Origin: Rhodosorus marinus CCMP1338
Taxonomy: Eukaryota > Plantae > Rhodophyta
Assembly (NCBI GenBank): GCA_029953675.1
Contig: JAMWBK010000012.1
Span: 1,054,001-1,118,000, forward strand
Length of the DNA: 64,000 nucleotides
Direction of reading: 5' to 3'
In this document: one piece after another, positions 54,375-64,000 of the stretch
Layout: each line of letters starts with the position of its first letter
How positions within the stretch are numbered: position 1 is the first letter of the stretch
Translations under genes and position numbers: made by a program
Notes under the pieces: model-generated
The model's database searches: none
What the model was told of the DNA's origin: nothing
Seen by the model: only the letters and a program-made list of their open reading frames with translations

Positions 54375-57300
54375 CTAAGCGCGGCGAAGTACTCGCGCCT
54401 CCAACATCAAAGCGGCATTCATGCGCCACAGCAGGAAACTTAAGCGGGTAAACAACGATTGAAGACGGTCAGGGCGTTCGCGGAACAACTCCCGAAGCCA
54501 GCGAGAACCAACAGAGTCCATGAACCCAAAGCACTCAATGATCAGGGGTACCAAGCGATGTGCTAGTGCCGAAGCACGAACACCAGGGGAAGACAAAGCC
54601 CCCGCGTATTTGATCTCTTTGCGGCGTCTCATGCTGGCGGCGGCAGATCCACGGCGCTCCCCCGCAGCCGGGAGATAACGACTAGCTTGAGGGTTAGGAA
54701 CAGCAAGATCAACGTATGTGGTACGGCGGCTGTCGTCACAGGTGATCACCAGGTCGGCTACACGGCGTTCATCATTTTGAAAGTCCGCGACGGGTAAAGG
54801 TTTCTCACGTTCGATTTCCAGACCGGCTTGCCGGACTATAGGCCGAAGTTCCCGGTATAACAGGTTCAAGATCCGTGCGTGGCGGCGGGTTCGAGCACCT
54901 TTCACCGCCGGGCAACTAGCGAGCAGGTGGGCGCCAAAATCTGCGTTGTCTTCAGTCTGAGAGCAGAGAGGGCACGACGAACCCATCTCGTACGGCCAAG
55001 GGGGCTGATGTAAGCCGAGGTATAAGCGCAGTGAAGTACGCACTTCGAAATCCGACAGTGTGAGTGGCGGAAAGGCTGGTACGGTCAGGAGCCACTGAGA
55101 GCTAATAACCCCTCCAAGACTACGTAGGCGGGCGCGAGCGCGAGAAGATGAGACCATCTGCGCGAGGAGTCGGCCATATGCAGCACGGTGCAAGTCCCTA
55201 GAAAGGATATTTTGCAGCGCATCCGTGCGTGCTTGAGCTCGGCTCCCAGCGCGCTGGGAATCATCAGGAGGATCAACTGGAACTTCTTCTTCTGCGGCAA
55301 CCACTGGGTCAATCTCCCCTAGAACAGGTTCAGGCGCAGGACGAATCCCCGGGGCGGAGCCTCGAGAGCGGTCAAATACAGCTCGCCAGTCAGGAAGACG
55401 GGGTTGAACGGTTTCGGGGAGACTAGTACAGGAATTCAGGGCGGTTTGGAGCTCCAGAAACAAGTCTTGGGCGCTTTCCGGTACGCTGGGAAGCAAGACA
55501 CCCCGCGAGAGACTCGCCATCAAATTGCGGAACTTCGAGATACCCAAGCTGCTCAAAGTGGGAAGTGCGGTTCCCCAGGCCCCTACTGCAGCTGCAGGTT
55601 GGACCACAACACGATTGCAGAGGCCCAGTCCCCCCAATCGCAATGGGAGGCCTACCTGGGCGCGCACAACATCACAGGTGGGTCGCGGCAGAGCGCTCAG
55701 CTCTTCATCGAGAAAATACCCCAGGTCACGGAAACTTTCAGCATCCGCACGAGTGGCCAACCACCGGCCCCAATGAGTTGGAAGTGAGCGAAGCCAATAG
55801 GTTAACCGCTGACTGCAACAATACCGAAATAGCAACAACGAGCACTGTAGAAAGCCCGGAGGTAGCCGTCGAAGCTCTGAAACCAGCTGTCTGTGCTTAC
55901 CGAGGAGCTGCAGCAACTCGCCTTCAACGAAGGACGGCGACCCGTAGGGGATGCCTAAGTGGACAAAACCATCCGGTCTCCAAATATCCTGGAACGACGC
56001 AGGTACCTGCTGCTCTTGTGCAGCTACACCTCCCCAGTAGAACGATTTGTGATGATTAACCTCCAGGTCAACCCGCGAAGCCAAGGAGCGGAGACGATCA
56101 TAAGCGAGTGCTAGAGTATCAGGGGGCCCCAGGAGGCACACGTCGTCGTGGTATGCAACCGTACGAACCTGCGGGAATTCGGAGCGAAGACAAAGCAAGA
56201 CGAGTTGTAGTCCACAGGCATGTAGGAAAGGGGACAAGGGATCACCCTGTTGTACCCCTGTGCGCGCCGCAAACGTGTGTGAGGAAGCGCCAAGGGTGTC
56301 ATAGGTAGCCCCACGACCAAGCGGAGAATAAAGTCTACTAACAAAGGGAAAGCCTACAGGGAAGACTTCGCGCACCACGTGCATGAGAGCCGGACGAGAG
56401 ACGCGGTTGAACGCATTGGTAAAATCTACAGAGAGGAGCCCAGAATCTGGGGAGTACGCCATTTCCGAACGGAGTAAAACAGACAACAACTCACAGCCAC
56501 CATGATAGCCCACGCCTAACTGCACGTGCCCAAAGAAACGGCGGGATTCGGGAACCAGGATTTTCACTAACCATCGCGCCGCCAATTTGCGGACCACCTC
56601 AACCAGGCCAATAGGGCGAATAGCAGGGCTCGAGGCCGTGTGGCCGGGCTTCGAAAGCAGACACAACTGCGAACGCCCGACCAAGAACCACGCACACTCA
56701 CACAGGGGATCACCATTCACAAGCGCTTCGACCACCCACGCCAACGCCTTCAAACCTTCATCACTTAAGAAACGGAGATATTCCACCCGCAGCCTCGAGG
56801 GCCCTGGGGAACGGCCCTTCGGAGCATCATGAACCAACTCACGCACCGCCTCCAGATTGACCACTAACCGCGCACTGGGATGTGGCGCGGCGCGGTACTC
56901 TTCCAACACTGATTCAAACGAGGAGTCCCAAGGGGAGCCTTCCGAGGGAAAGAGCAAACGGAGCGGTGAAGAAAGATCATCGGAGTATGGAACCACAGGT
57001 TGCCGCTGCTGGAGGATCCCGGCTGCCCGCCGCAGATCACCGCCTGCCACCGCGTGACGCGCCCGATTCTGTCGAGAAGCCCTAAAAGCTGAGGGAGCAC
57101 TAGGAGAAAAGGAAGTGAGAGAAGCGAAATAAAGACGTTCGAGGTCCTCAAAGTCGCCGGAAAGGAACATTTGCAGTTTTCGGCGAGGGTGGACCCGGCG
57201 AGGATGTGGGTTGAGGGGGACGGTAGAGGAGGTGAGCACGAGGCGGGGAAAAAAGAACAAGAGTTCCCAGCGAAGAGAGCAGTGAGGGTTCGCGGCGACC

Positions 57301-57518
57301 TGCTGCCAGAGAAAATCCAACACCAATCCTAGGGGCTTATGAAGTCGACGAAGGAGCCGTACGGCCGTGCTCTGACGACAAAGGGGAAGGGAACCGTCCG
57401 GGTAGGAGGCGACAAGGTGCGAAAACCACGAGAGAACACGCTCATGCCAGGCTGAGCGGTCACTGGTAAACAAGGGTAACCGGGACGACACGCACGCGGA
57501 GGAGGAAGACTCAGACAT
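54375..57518 (-). CDS. Family-C ORF2: reverse transcriptase, CCHC knuckle, restriction-like endonuclease (1047 aa, uninterrupted)
   Basis: GRSPGPSRLR, IRPIG, VDFTNAFN, GVQQGDPLSP, AYHDD, LPLRLGGLG, CPLC..H....C, RHARI, VADLVI, YVDL, RKEIKY, PLIIECFG. Confidence 0.93.
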   Translation of the reverse strand: MSESSSSACVSSRLPLFTSDRSAWHERVLSWFSHLVASYPDGSLPLCRQSTAVRLLRRLHKPLGLVLDFLWQQVAANPHCSLRWELLFFFPRLVLTSSTVPLNPHPRRVHPRRKLQMFLSGDFEDLERLYFASLTSFSPSAPSAFRASRQNRARHAVAGGDLRRAAGILQQRQPVVPYSDDLSSPLRLLFPSEGSPWDSSFESVLEEYRAAPHPSARLVVNLEAVRELVHDAPKGRSPGPSRLRVEYLRFLSDEGLKALAWVVEALVNGDPLCECAWFLVGRSQLCLLSKPGHTASSPAIRPIGLVEVVRKLAARWLVKILVPESRRFFGHVQLGVGYHGGCELLSVLLRSEMAYSPDSGLLSVDFTNAFNRVSRPALMHVVREVFPVGFPFVSRLYSPLGRGATYDTLGASSHTFAARTGVQQGDPLSPFLHACGLQLVLLCLRSEFPQVRTVAYHDDVCLLGPPDTLALAYDRLRSLASRVDLEVNHHKSFYWGGVAAQEQQVPASFQDIWRPDGFVHLGIPYGSPSFVEGELLQLLGKHRQLVSELRRLPPGFLQCSLLLFRYCCSQRLTYWLRSLPTHWGRWLATRADAESFRDLGYFLDEELSALPRPTCDVVRAQVGLPLRLGGLGLCNRVVVQPAAAVGAWGTALPTLSSLGISKFRNLMASLSRGVLLPSVPESAQDLFLELQTALNSCTSLPETVQPRLPDWRAVFDRSRGSAPGIRPAPEPVLGEIDPVVAAEEEVPVDPPDDSQRAGSRAQARTDALQNILSRDLHRAAYGRLLAQMVSSSRARARLRSLGGVISSQWLLTVPAFPPLTLSDFEVRTSLRLYLGLHQPPWPYEMGSSCPLCSQTEDNADFGAHLLASCPAVKGARTRRHARILNLLYRELRPIVRQAGLEIEREKPLPVADFQNDERRVADLVITCDDSRRTTYVDLAVPNPQASRYLPAAGERRGSAAASMRRRKEIKYAGALSSPGVRASALAHRLVPLIIECFGFMDSVGSRWLRELFRERPDRLQSLFTRLSFLLWRMNAALMLEARVLRRA

Positions 57519-58808
57519 CGGGCCTCCCCTCAGTCGGGAAGGCAGATCGAATATCCGGAGGAGGTGCCTCGGAGGGAGGCTCAGGAGCCGCACGACGCTT
57601 ACGTGGAGGGCGCACGAAGGAACTAAAAGACCTGAAGAAAGTAGACACAGGGTTTTCAGCAGCGGAGTCTTGACTGAGGGTGTCCAGAGCCAGCGGATTC
57701 GGAGAGGCCGATGGTGCTTCTGCCATGTCGGTGTCACGAGCCTCGGAGACAGGGCGAGGGGAGGAAGGGTGCTCAAGAGTCGGCGGCAGAAGGTCAAACG
57801 CAGGGTGAGCTTCCAGCAGGGTGGCCTCAGTGGAGAGGAAGGCCTCTAGCGCGGTGCGGAGGACCCCGCGAGGAGGAAAACGCGCGAAGAGGCTCGCCTG
57901 TATGCGCGAGAGCCGCGCCGCATGAGTGTGTAGCGCGACAACCGAAGCCTGCGAGGCATCCAGGTTTTGCAAGGCCGACGGAGGAACCCAGCCGGCGTCA
58001 AAACGATCGAACTCGACAAACAAAGAGACATGAGGACGAGTCAGTATCATGTTGGCCAGAGCAGAGCGCTGGGGCGCGGGGGTGGTTACAAGCGATTGAA
58101 GGAACTGGTAAGCCGAGTCAGTAACAAGAAAACAGGCATGAGGGCCGTGAAGTCCACATATAGGAATTCAGACGGGGCGACCCCAAGGGAGGAAGCCATG
58201 GTGTCGCGAAAATCGCGGTAGTGGACGGGCGCGCGGCCCCGACCACGAGAGGGGGTCTGGGGACGCACGTTCGTCATCCAAACAAAGTGGAACGGAGATA
58301 GTTGGCGAGAAGAGTCAATAGGGATGTGTTGTGGCATCATACGCACCATTGCCGTCGTGCGTTGTTCAGAAGAGCCCCTGCGTAGGACCTGCGAATAGGT
58401 CGCACGTGGGGCACTGGAGGGAGCAGGATTCGGGCCCGACGCGGGCCCAGGAGGCGTCTGTCCTTGAATAGGGGTAGGCCAGTCGGAATCAGGAATGACC
58501 GGAGCGGAGCGCTCGGGTCGGGTGGAGGCAGGCCCCGCTGTACCGTGCGGATCCGCGGGGACGGGCACCGGGGGGTATGGGGCAGGCGCGGAGGCGGAGA
58601 AGCGCTCCAAATAGGCGATCAGCAGGGGCAGGCGGTGTTCCTGGGAAGCAGTCACAAGAAGACTCGTCAGTTTCGAGCAGATCCCATGGGCTAACTCGTC
58701 AGCGCAGTCCGTGAGGGTGGCCGCGGTACTAAACCCGCCCACGCAGAGCTCCACGCGCGCTGAGAGAACGGCTCCGTCCGCCGGAATGGGTGGGGAAACC
58801 CCAACCAT
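57511..58808 (-). pseudogene. Family-C ORF1 (Pro-rich, gag-like position) with a single 1-bp frameshift at ~58142
   Basis: Restoring one base gives FLYVDFTA.HACFLV, aligning to family-B ORF1 VHVDFIASHACLL; ends PDV* at 57511. Confidence 0.75.
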
Positions 58809-59089
58809 AGCGATTGGAAGGTGTGAAAAACCGATTCCTCCACGAAGCCCCCAAAAAGAGAACTTGTTCCCAACGTTTGCAACCCAAGAAAAACCACCAC
58901 GACCTCCAAGGGGCGCTAGCAACCCCCAGCACGCACCACACCACGAGAAGATGCGGGGGAAAGGCTGTAGAAAGGAGCGCCTCCCACCGAAGAACACAAT
59001 TGCGACTCAAAACCACCAAAAGCCAGCACCATACACCCTCACGAAACCAAAACCCGTGGTAGCGAATACGGTTGCGCATTGTAAGCACC

Positions 59090-59770
59090 ATTTGTTTAAT
59101 CGGAGATTGGAAGAAAAAACCCCGAGTGGAAAAAAAAGACTAGGCGCGGCGAAGATCGCGCGCCGCCAACATTAAAGCAGCGTTCATAACTAGAGCAAGA
59201 AAGTTAAACGGGTAAACAACGAGAACAGACCGTCAGGGCGTTCGCGGAACACTTCCCGAAGCTAACGAGAACCAAAGGAATCCATTAACCCAAAACGCTC
59301 AATGACCATTGTACCAGGCGATGAGCTTAGAGCCGAAGCACGAATGCCTGGGGAAGACAAGACCCCCGTATATTTCAACTCTTTGAGACGTTTCATACTG
59401 GCAGCGGCAAGTCCATGGCGCTCTCCCGCAGCCGGCAAATAACGACTTAGCCTGAGGATTAAGAACAGCAAGATCAACGTACGTCGTACAGCGGCTATCG
59501 ACACAGGTGACCTCGTGGTTTGATAGTCTCATACTGGCAGCGGCAAATACACGGCGCTCTCCCGCAGTCGGCAAATAGCGACTAGCCTGAGGATTAGGAA
59601 CGGCAAGATCAACGTACGTCGTACTGCGGCTATTGTGACAAATGACCACGAGGCAGCCCCTCGGCGTTCATCATTTTGGTAGTCTGCGATAGGCAAGGCT
59701 TCCCACGTTCAATTTCAAGACCGGCTTGCCGTACGATAGGCCGAAGTTCGCGGTATAACAGGTTCAGTAG
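59090..59770 (-). mobile_element. Older family-C RLE/3' fragment with an internal duplication
   Basis: YVDLAVPNPQASRYLP occurs twice (~59390-59640); 3' UTR at 59095-59170. Confidence 0.8.
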
Positions 59771-60241
59771 GGGTGTGCCAAGTGCGCCAGGGTTTTCGCT
59801 GTTTACGACCCAGAAGTGGGTAAACCCGCGAAAACAGGGGGGTTTAATGGGGAGGAGATAAACGGACAACATTAGTGGCCAATAGGGGATTCCAGCGCGT
59901 GCGTGCGTCAAACATTTGGTGGGTGTGGATTGAAATTTTAATGATTATCGCGGGGTTTTTGGCCGAGAAATGCAACTGTTTTCATGGGGGGTACCGGGTG
60001 GTTTTAGAAGAGCTACGTGAGCTCGACTCGGGCTTCGGAGCATTCCCCAGATCTCGATGATTAAGTTTCTTGCAGGAAATGGGATCATCGTTCTTTTCCG
60101 AAGAGCTTTTGAAGGTTGGGAGAGAGTCATAAAATAGAAGCGGAGGCAGTACGTCCTAGCTTGTGAACATCAAGTCCTTACCGGACCCTTTTTCCATGGA
60201 CAAGCTTGTAGAGTTCGGTTTTTTGGCTGAAAGGTTTATTC

Positions 60242-60278
60242 GAATGAATGGTTTAATCGGAGGCTGAAAAAAAAAAAA
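60242..60278 (-). mobile_element. 37-nt family-C 3'-tip insertion with 11-12-bp TSD
   Basis: (A)AAGGTTTATTC at 60230-60241 and 60279-60290 flanking GAATGAATGGTTTAATCGGAGGCTG(A)n. Confidence 0.8.
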
Positions 60279-60559
60279 AAAGGTTTATTCAGGGTACTCA
60301 ATAAAAGTACAACTCCTCAACTTTTGTGTTTCAGGTTGCAAGGGCTTCGGATGCCTTTCTAGGAACTATCTGAGAAAAAGATCTCAGCAACGTCTTCATT
60401 TGTCGGAAAAAGCTTTCCGGTCCTTTGTCCTCGCCGCCCGTGTCTTAGTAGCTCTGCTAGACTGTTTTAACGGAACTCGTGCATGCTAGCAGTGGAACAT
60501 GTCAAACCATAGCCATCCGTCTGCGTTCCCATTTGCAAACATTATATTGAATTTGTTTT

Positions 60560-60670
60560 ATCGGAGGCTGAAAGAAAAAAAACCCGAGGGGAAAAAAAAG
60601 ACTAAGCGCGGCGAACATCGTGAGCCTCCAACATCAAAGCAGCGTTCACACGCCACAGCAAGAAACTTAG
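60560..60670 (-). mobile_element. Family-C 3' fragment
   Basis: ATCGGAGGCTGAAAG..CCCGAGGGGAAAAAAAGACTAAGCGCGGCGAA..CTCCAACATCAAAGCAGCG. Confidence 0.75.
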
Positions 60671-60747
60671 GGGTGAAGCTCAGCGGGCTTTCGAGTCCCC
60701 ATGAATGGATCCCTGTTCCTAGCCACCCTAGCCGCAGTTGTGCTCAT

Positions 60748-62119
60748 TTAGCTCTTGGATGAGCCCCTCGATCTTGAAGCTGCTCCCGACAGGGACTTGA
60801 TTCGTGCACAGATCGCTCTACCGTTGCGATTAGGGGGATTCGGCGTCGCAGACCGTGGGCTGGTATGCTCGCCAGCGGCGGTTGCCTCCTGGGCTACCGC
60901 GCTGCGACCGTTGGTGACCTTCCAGATGCGAAGTGCCTGCCTCTTGGCTCGAGCTTTGACCAACGAGGATCCAGTGACCCTGCCGCCCCCGCTTTTGACA
61001 ATTTATGATGGTCTTCAACACGCGTTCAGGAGGTGCAACGCCGTGCCGGACGCAAATCGGTCCCGCTTTCGTTCCTTGAGGGAGCTGTTATGGGGACGAG
61101 CTGAAGCGTTTGAGGATTCTCCCCTCGACCGAGTTCTTGCCGATGACGGAGAGGCTAGCCCCGGGTCACCTGTTGCAGACTACCCGGGTTTGAGCCGATT
61201 GTGGAGCTCCCGCACTGATGTGATTCAACAGAGCCTCACCTGGGGCCAACACAGTGCCGCTCACACAGTCATGCTCAATTCTCCTCTCACGCCGCCTACC
61301 ACTGCCGCTCGTCTCCGCGGCATGGGAGGCCACCTCTCGCACTTGTGGTTAACCACTCTACCGTCGTCATTGAGTCATCGTCTCGATGCTTTCCAGTTCC
61401 GTTCTGTCGCACGGATCTATCTCGGTTTGCCACAGGCTCCGTGGCACTCTAATCGGCCGTCTTTCTGTCAGGGATGTGAGAGCCGGATTGACGCTTGTGG
61501 CTACCACTTCCTGGGTTCCTGCGGACTGTTGCGAGGTCTCCGTACGAGGCGTCACACTCGCCTCAAGTACATCCTCAGCGAATTTTTGACTCGGATAGGG
61601 CATACGGTTGAGGTTGAGTCGGAACTGCCCAGATCAATCTCGGACTCTGCACCGCCCCGTTGTATAGCCGATCTCCTCGTCTCCGACGCTGCTGCCAGAC
61701 GCTCAACATATGTGGACCTTGTGATTACCTGACCCGTGGCCAGCGCCTACCTGACCGCAGCCGCCCGCCGCCGGGGGGCCGCGGCTTCGGCCCTTCGAAG
61801 AGTTAAGGAACGACGGTATGCTGAGAGCATGGCCAGTCTGCCTTGCGCTGAGGGTCGCTCTCACCGATTCCAGCCATTCATTGTGGAAAGCTTTGGTCAC
61901 GTGGATAAATCGGGTTTAGAGTGGATGCGGAAATGTTTTGCTGAGCATCCTACTGAATATTTGGCGCTCTTGAGGCGTTTAAGTGTCTCCCTTTGGCGAT
62001 ATTCCAGCGACATGCTTTCCGAGGCGCGCCATCGGTGCCTGGGGTTGCATGCTTCCCTTCCTAGTTATTAGTTCATCTTCACGCCTTGCGTAGCGCTTCA
62101 GGCTATGCTAGTAAAGTCC
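60748..62119 (+). mobile_element. Young 5'-truncated family-A insertion with 12-bp TSD
   Basis: AGTTGTGCTCAT at 60736-60747 and 62120-62131; nearly identical to 22335-23707, including the TGA at 61730-61732. Confidence 0.95.
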
Positions 62120-62253
62120 AGTTGTGCTCATAAGACCTGATTTTAAGACCCATCGTGGTGATGTTTACTTCCTCTATCAATAAATCCACAGTATGGAGCA
62201 TACTACCCAGGACCTTCTACTTATTCGAACAGCAGAGTCTCCCGATGAAGGGT

Positions 62254-62952
62254 CTAATTCCTCCGAGTGCGCACAAGTGAGATCTTCACCGATCCAACAG
62301 GCACTCCGTCGAATCGAGATCCCAGGATCGACACAATCGGCTCCTGGGGCCTCGTTGGCCTGTTGTTCGTCCTGAAGCTGTTTCCCTTCTCCGTTCCAGC
62401 ATCCCAAACGCTCAGGTTCTGTTCGAATTTCTTAATCCATTTGCCACGACTCTCGTTGCACAACTGTACATCGTCGAAGCCAGTGAACCAGTCCGGGCTC
62501 GGTGCCGCCATAGCGATCGCCGACGCGTAGGTGCGGTATTTGTCGAGTTTGATGAGAACAGTGACCCTCTGAGATCCATCCTCGGTAGGCTCTTCCGTGT
62601 ATACAAAGTCAAAAACGTTACGGCCCTTTTGGCTCTCCAACTCGTCCAAAAGGGTGCCGATCTTTCCCATCTCAGCAACATTCTCAACACCCTTGGTGGA
62701 GAATCCATGTGGGGTCCAGACATGGTATCCGATTCCGTGAGAGGCAACAACGGTCTGAGAGAAGTGGCCATCTGATGGGTAGGCGTTGGGGTGGGTAGCC
62801 CCGGTCCACAAATAGTCAATGACCACCTTGTAAATAGCACTTCCACTGCACTTGGAGTCGCTCATCCTCTCGACGTCATCCAGTTGGACCGCTGATCCTA
62901 CCGCGGTGACCGCGAGAACTGCCGCGGCAACGAACATCATCTTCGCCATCAT
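62254..62952 (-). CDS. Secreted Spondin_N-domain (mindin/F-spondin-like) protein
   Basis: Signal peptide MMAKMMFVAAAVLAVTAVGS; W....HP.AYP..GHFS..V.ASH, AMAAPSPDWFTG, WDAGT motifs. Confidence 0.9.
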   Translation of the reverse strand: MMAKMMFVAAAVLAVTAVGSAVQLDDVERMSDSKCSGSAIYKVVIDYLWTGATHPNAYPSDGHFSQTVVASHGIGYHVWTPHGFSTKGVENVAEMGKIGTLLDELESQKGRNVFDFVYTEEPTEDGSQRVTVLIKLDKYRTYASAIAMAAPSPDWFTGFDDVQLCNESRGKWIKKFEQNLSVWDAGTEKGNSFRTNNRPTRPQEPIVSILGSRFDGVPVGSVKISLVRTRRN

Positions 62953-64000
62953 TTTTACAGAAATCCTCTGTTCTTAACCCAAAGCCGTTTGTCTCCTACT
63001 CTGCTTGCTTGTCCTTGTTTGAATCTTTTTTGACATCCTCACAGCGTCATGACATAGCTCGCTCGCATTTATAGTCATCAAGAGACGAGAACTGTAGCCG
63101 AGACCCCTTCCCTATTCTCAGCTCAAGATCTAGACATAACAATCGCGTTAAATCTTTGCCCTAAAGAGGATGACTTTTCGTCTTGACGTGGCCTAGCCTC
63201 ACTGATGTCGCTCGTCTAACCAGCTCCCCATCAATGATATGCTTTTCTCTTTCCAGTCAAATCTTCGTCATCCGGTCTTACCTTGGAATACGCGTCGGTT
63301 CTGTACGCCACTCTGCTGCCTGGTGGCCTACGTGAGCTTTTCTCATATCAGCGGTATTGCCATTAGGTAGTGTTTTGACAGAATCCTGATGGCGTAAAGT
63401 TTCTTTCCTTCGCTCGGCTATGTGCAAAATTCTGGAGCTAAATCCGAGGAGAATGCTTCAGAAGGAGGACGAGAAGGCAGCTCGGAACAAGTTTTTGTCC
63501 TCGACCTGAAAGAAAGCAACAAACTTTTGCTTCTGGTTGTTGTTTTTTTATGTTTCGGACAGGAGAACGAGGATCCTCGATCATAGGCGAGAGAAAAGGT
63601 CGGGCAGAAAAAAAGAGGCTATGCAGAGATTTCGATTGGAAGGCCTACAACCGTTGAAACGAGAGATGGGGGAGTGGGTTAAGAAGCGAGCTCGGTATGC
63701 GCTTGTCCCTCATCATCACCGCAACTAGTGTTGAACAGGGGACTGAGGTCTACTCGAATTCGATCAGTTTGAGCGAAGTTTCTTTCATTTCGATTTTCTC
63801 TTATTCGACGCTGTGGCTCAGGTCGGCTCTCAATCAGCTCACACGCGGTCCCCATTGCCCGTCTGCCCGTCTGGGGGAGAAGAATCTACATCTGAGCGGA
63901 TGCCTCTTTCCGCCGCCTTTACGTGGAGAGGGCTGTTCTAATTTAGCAGGGCTTGTTGCGTGGTATTCTGTATAGCCATGGGGTTGCGCGGGGCGACGCA

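Larger units (their letters stand above)
54309..59057 (-). mobile_element. Full-length family-C two-ORF RLE (CRE-like) non-LTR retrotransposon, 4749 bp
   Basis: 15-bp TSD GGTAGCGAATACGGT at 54294-54308 and 59058-59072; (TTCG)n 3' tail; ORF1 plus intact ORF2. Confidence 0.93.

Overview
Eukaryotic, intron-poor, repeat-rich 64-kb region with no prokaryotic hallmarks (no CRISPR, operons or rRNA). An algal host, possibly a unicellular red alga, is only an impression from gene style and cannot be established from the sequence. Six intact host genes are present: an RTX-repeat secreted protein, a 1286-aa secreted glycine-rich protein with a possibly Tc-toxin-like C-terminus, an 870-aa secreted protein, an SDR oxidoreductase, a secreted S1 sulfatase and a Spondin_N protein. 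They are embedded among three related families (called A, B, C here) of non-LTR retrotransposons with RT plus a C-terminal restriction-like endonuclease (CRE-like), two Ty3/Gypsy LTR elements, and a ~143-bp satellite. Most notable: (i) a full-length, structurally intact U2 snRNA fused at both ends to family-A sequence, a possible template-switch chimera; (ii) a full-length 4.75-kb two-ORF family-C element with a 15-bp TSD and overlapping stop/start codons, with a TAATG overlap in family B as well; (iii) two independent family-C insertions at the same nucleotide inside older family-C copies, plus head-to-tail arrays; (iv) an unrecognised Cys-rich N-terminal domain shared by two secreted proteins with different C-termini. 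All alignments and coordinates were read by eye; edges of degenerate fragments are approximate (+/-10-30 bp).
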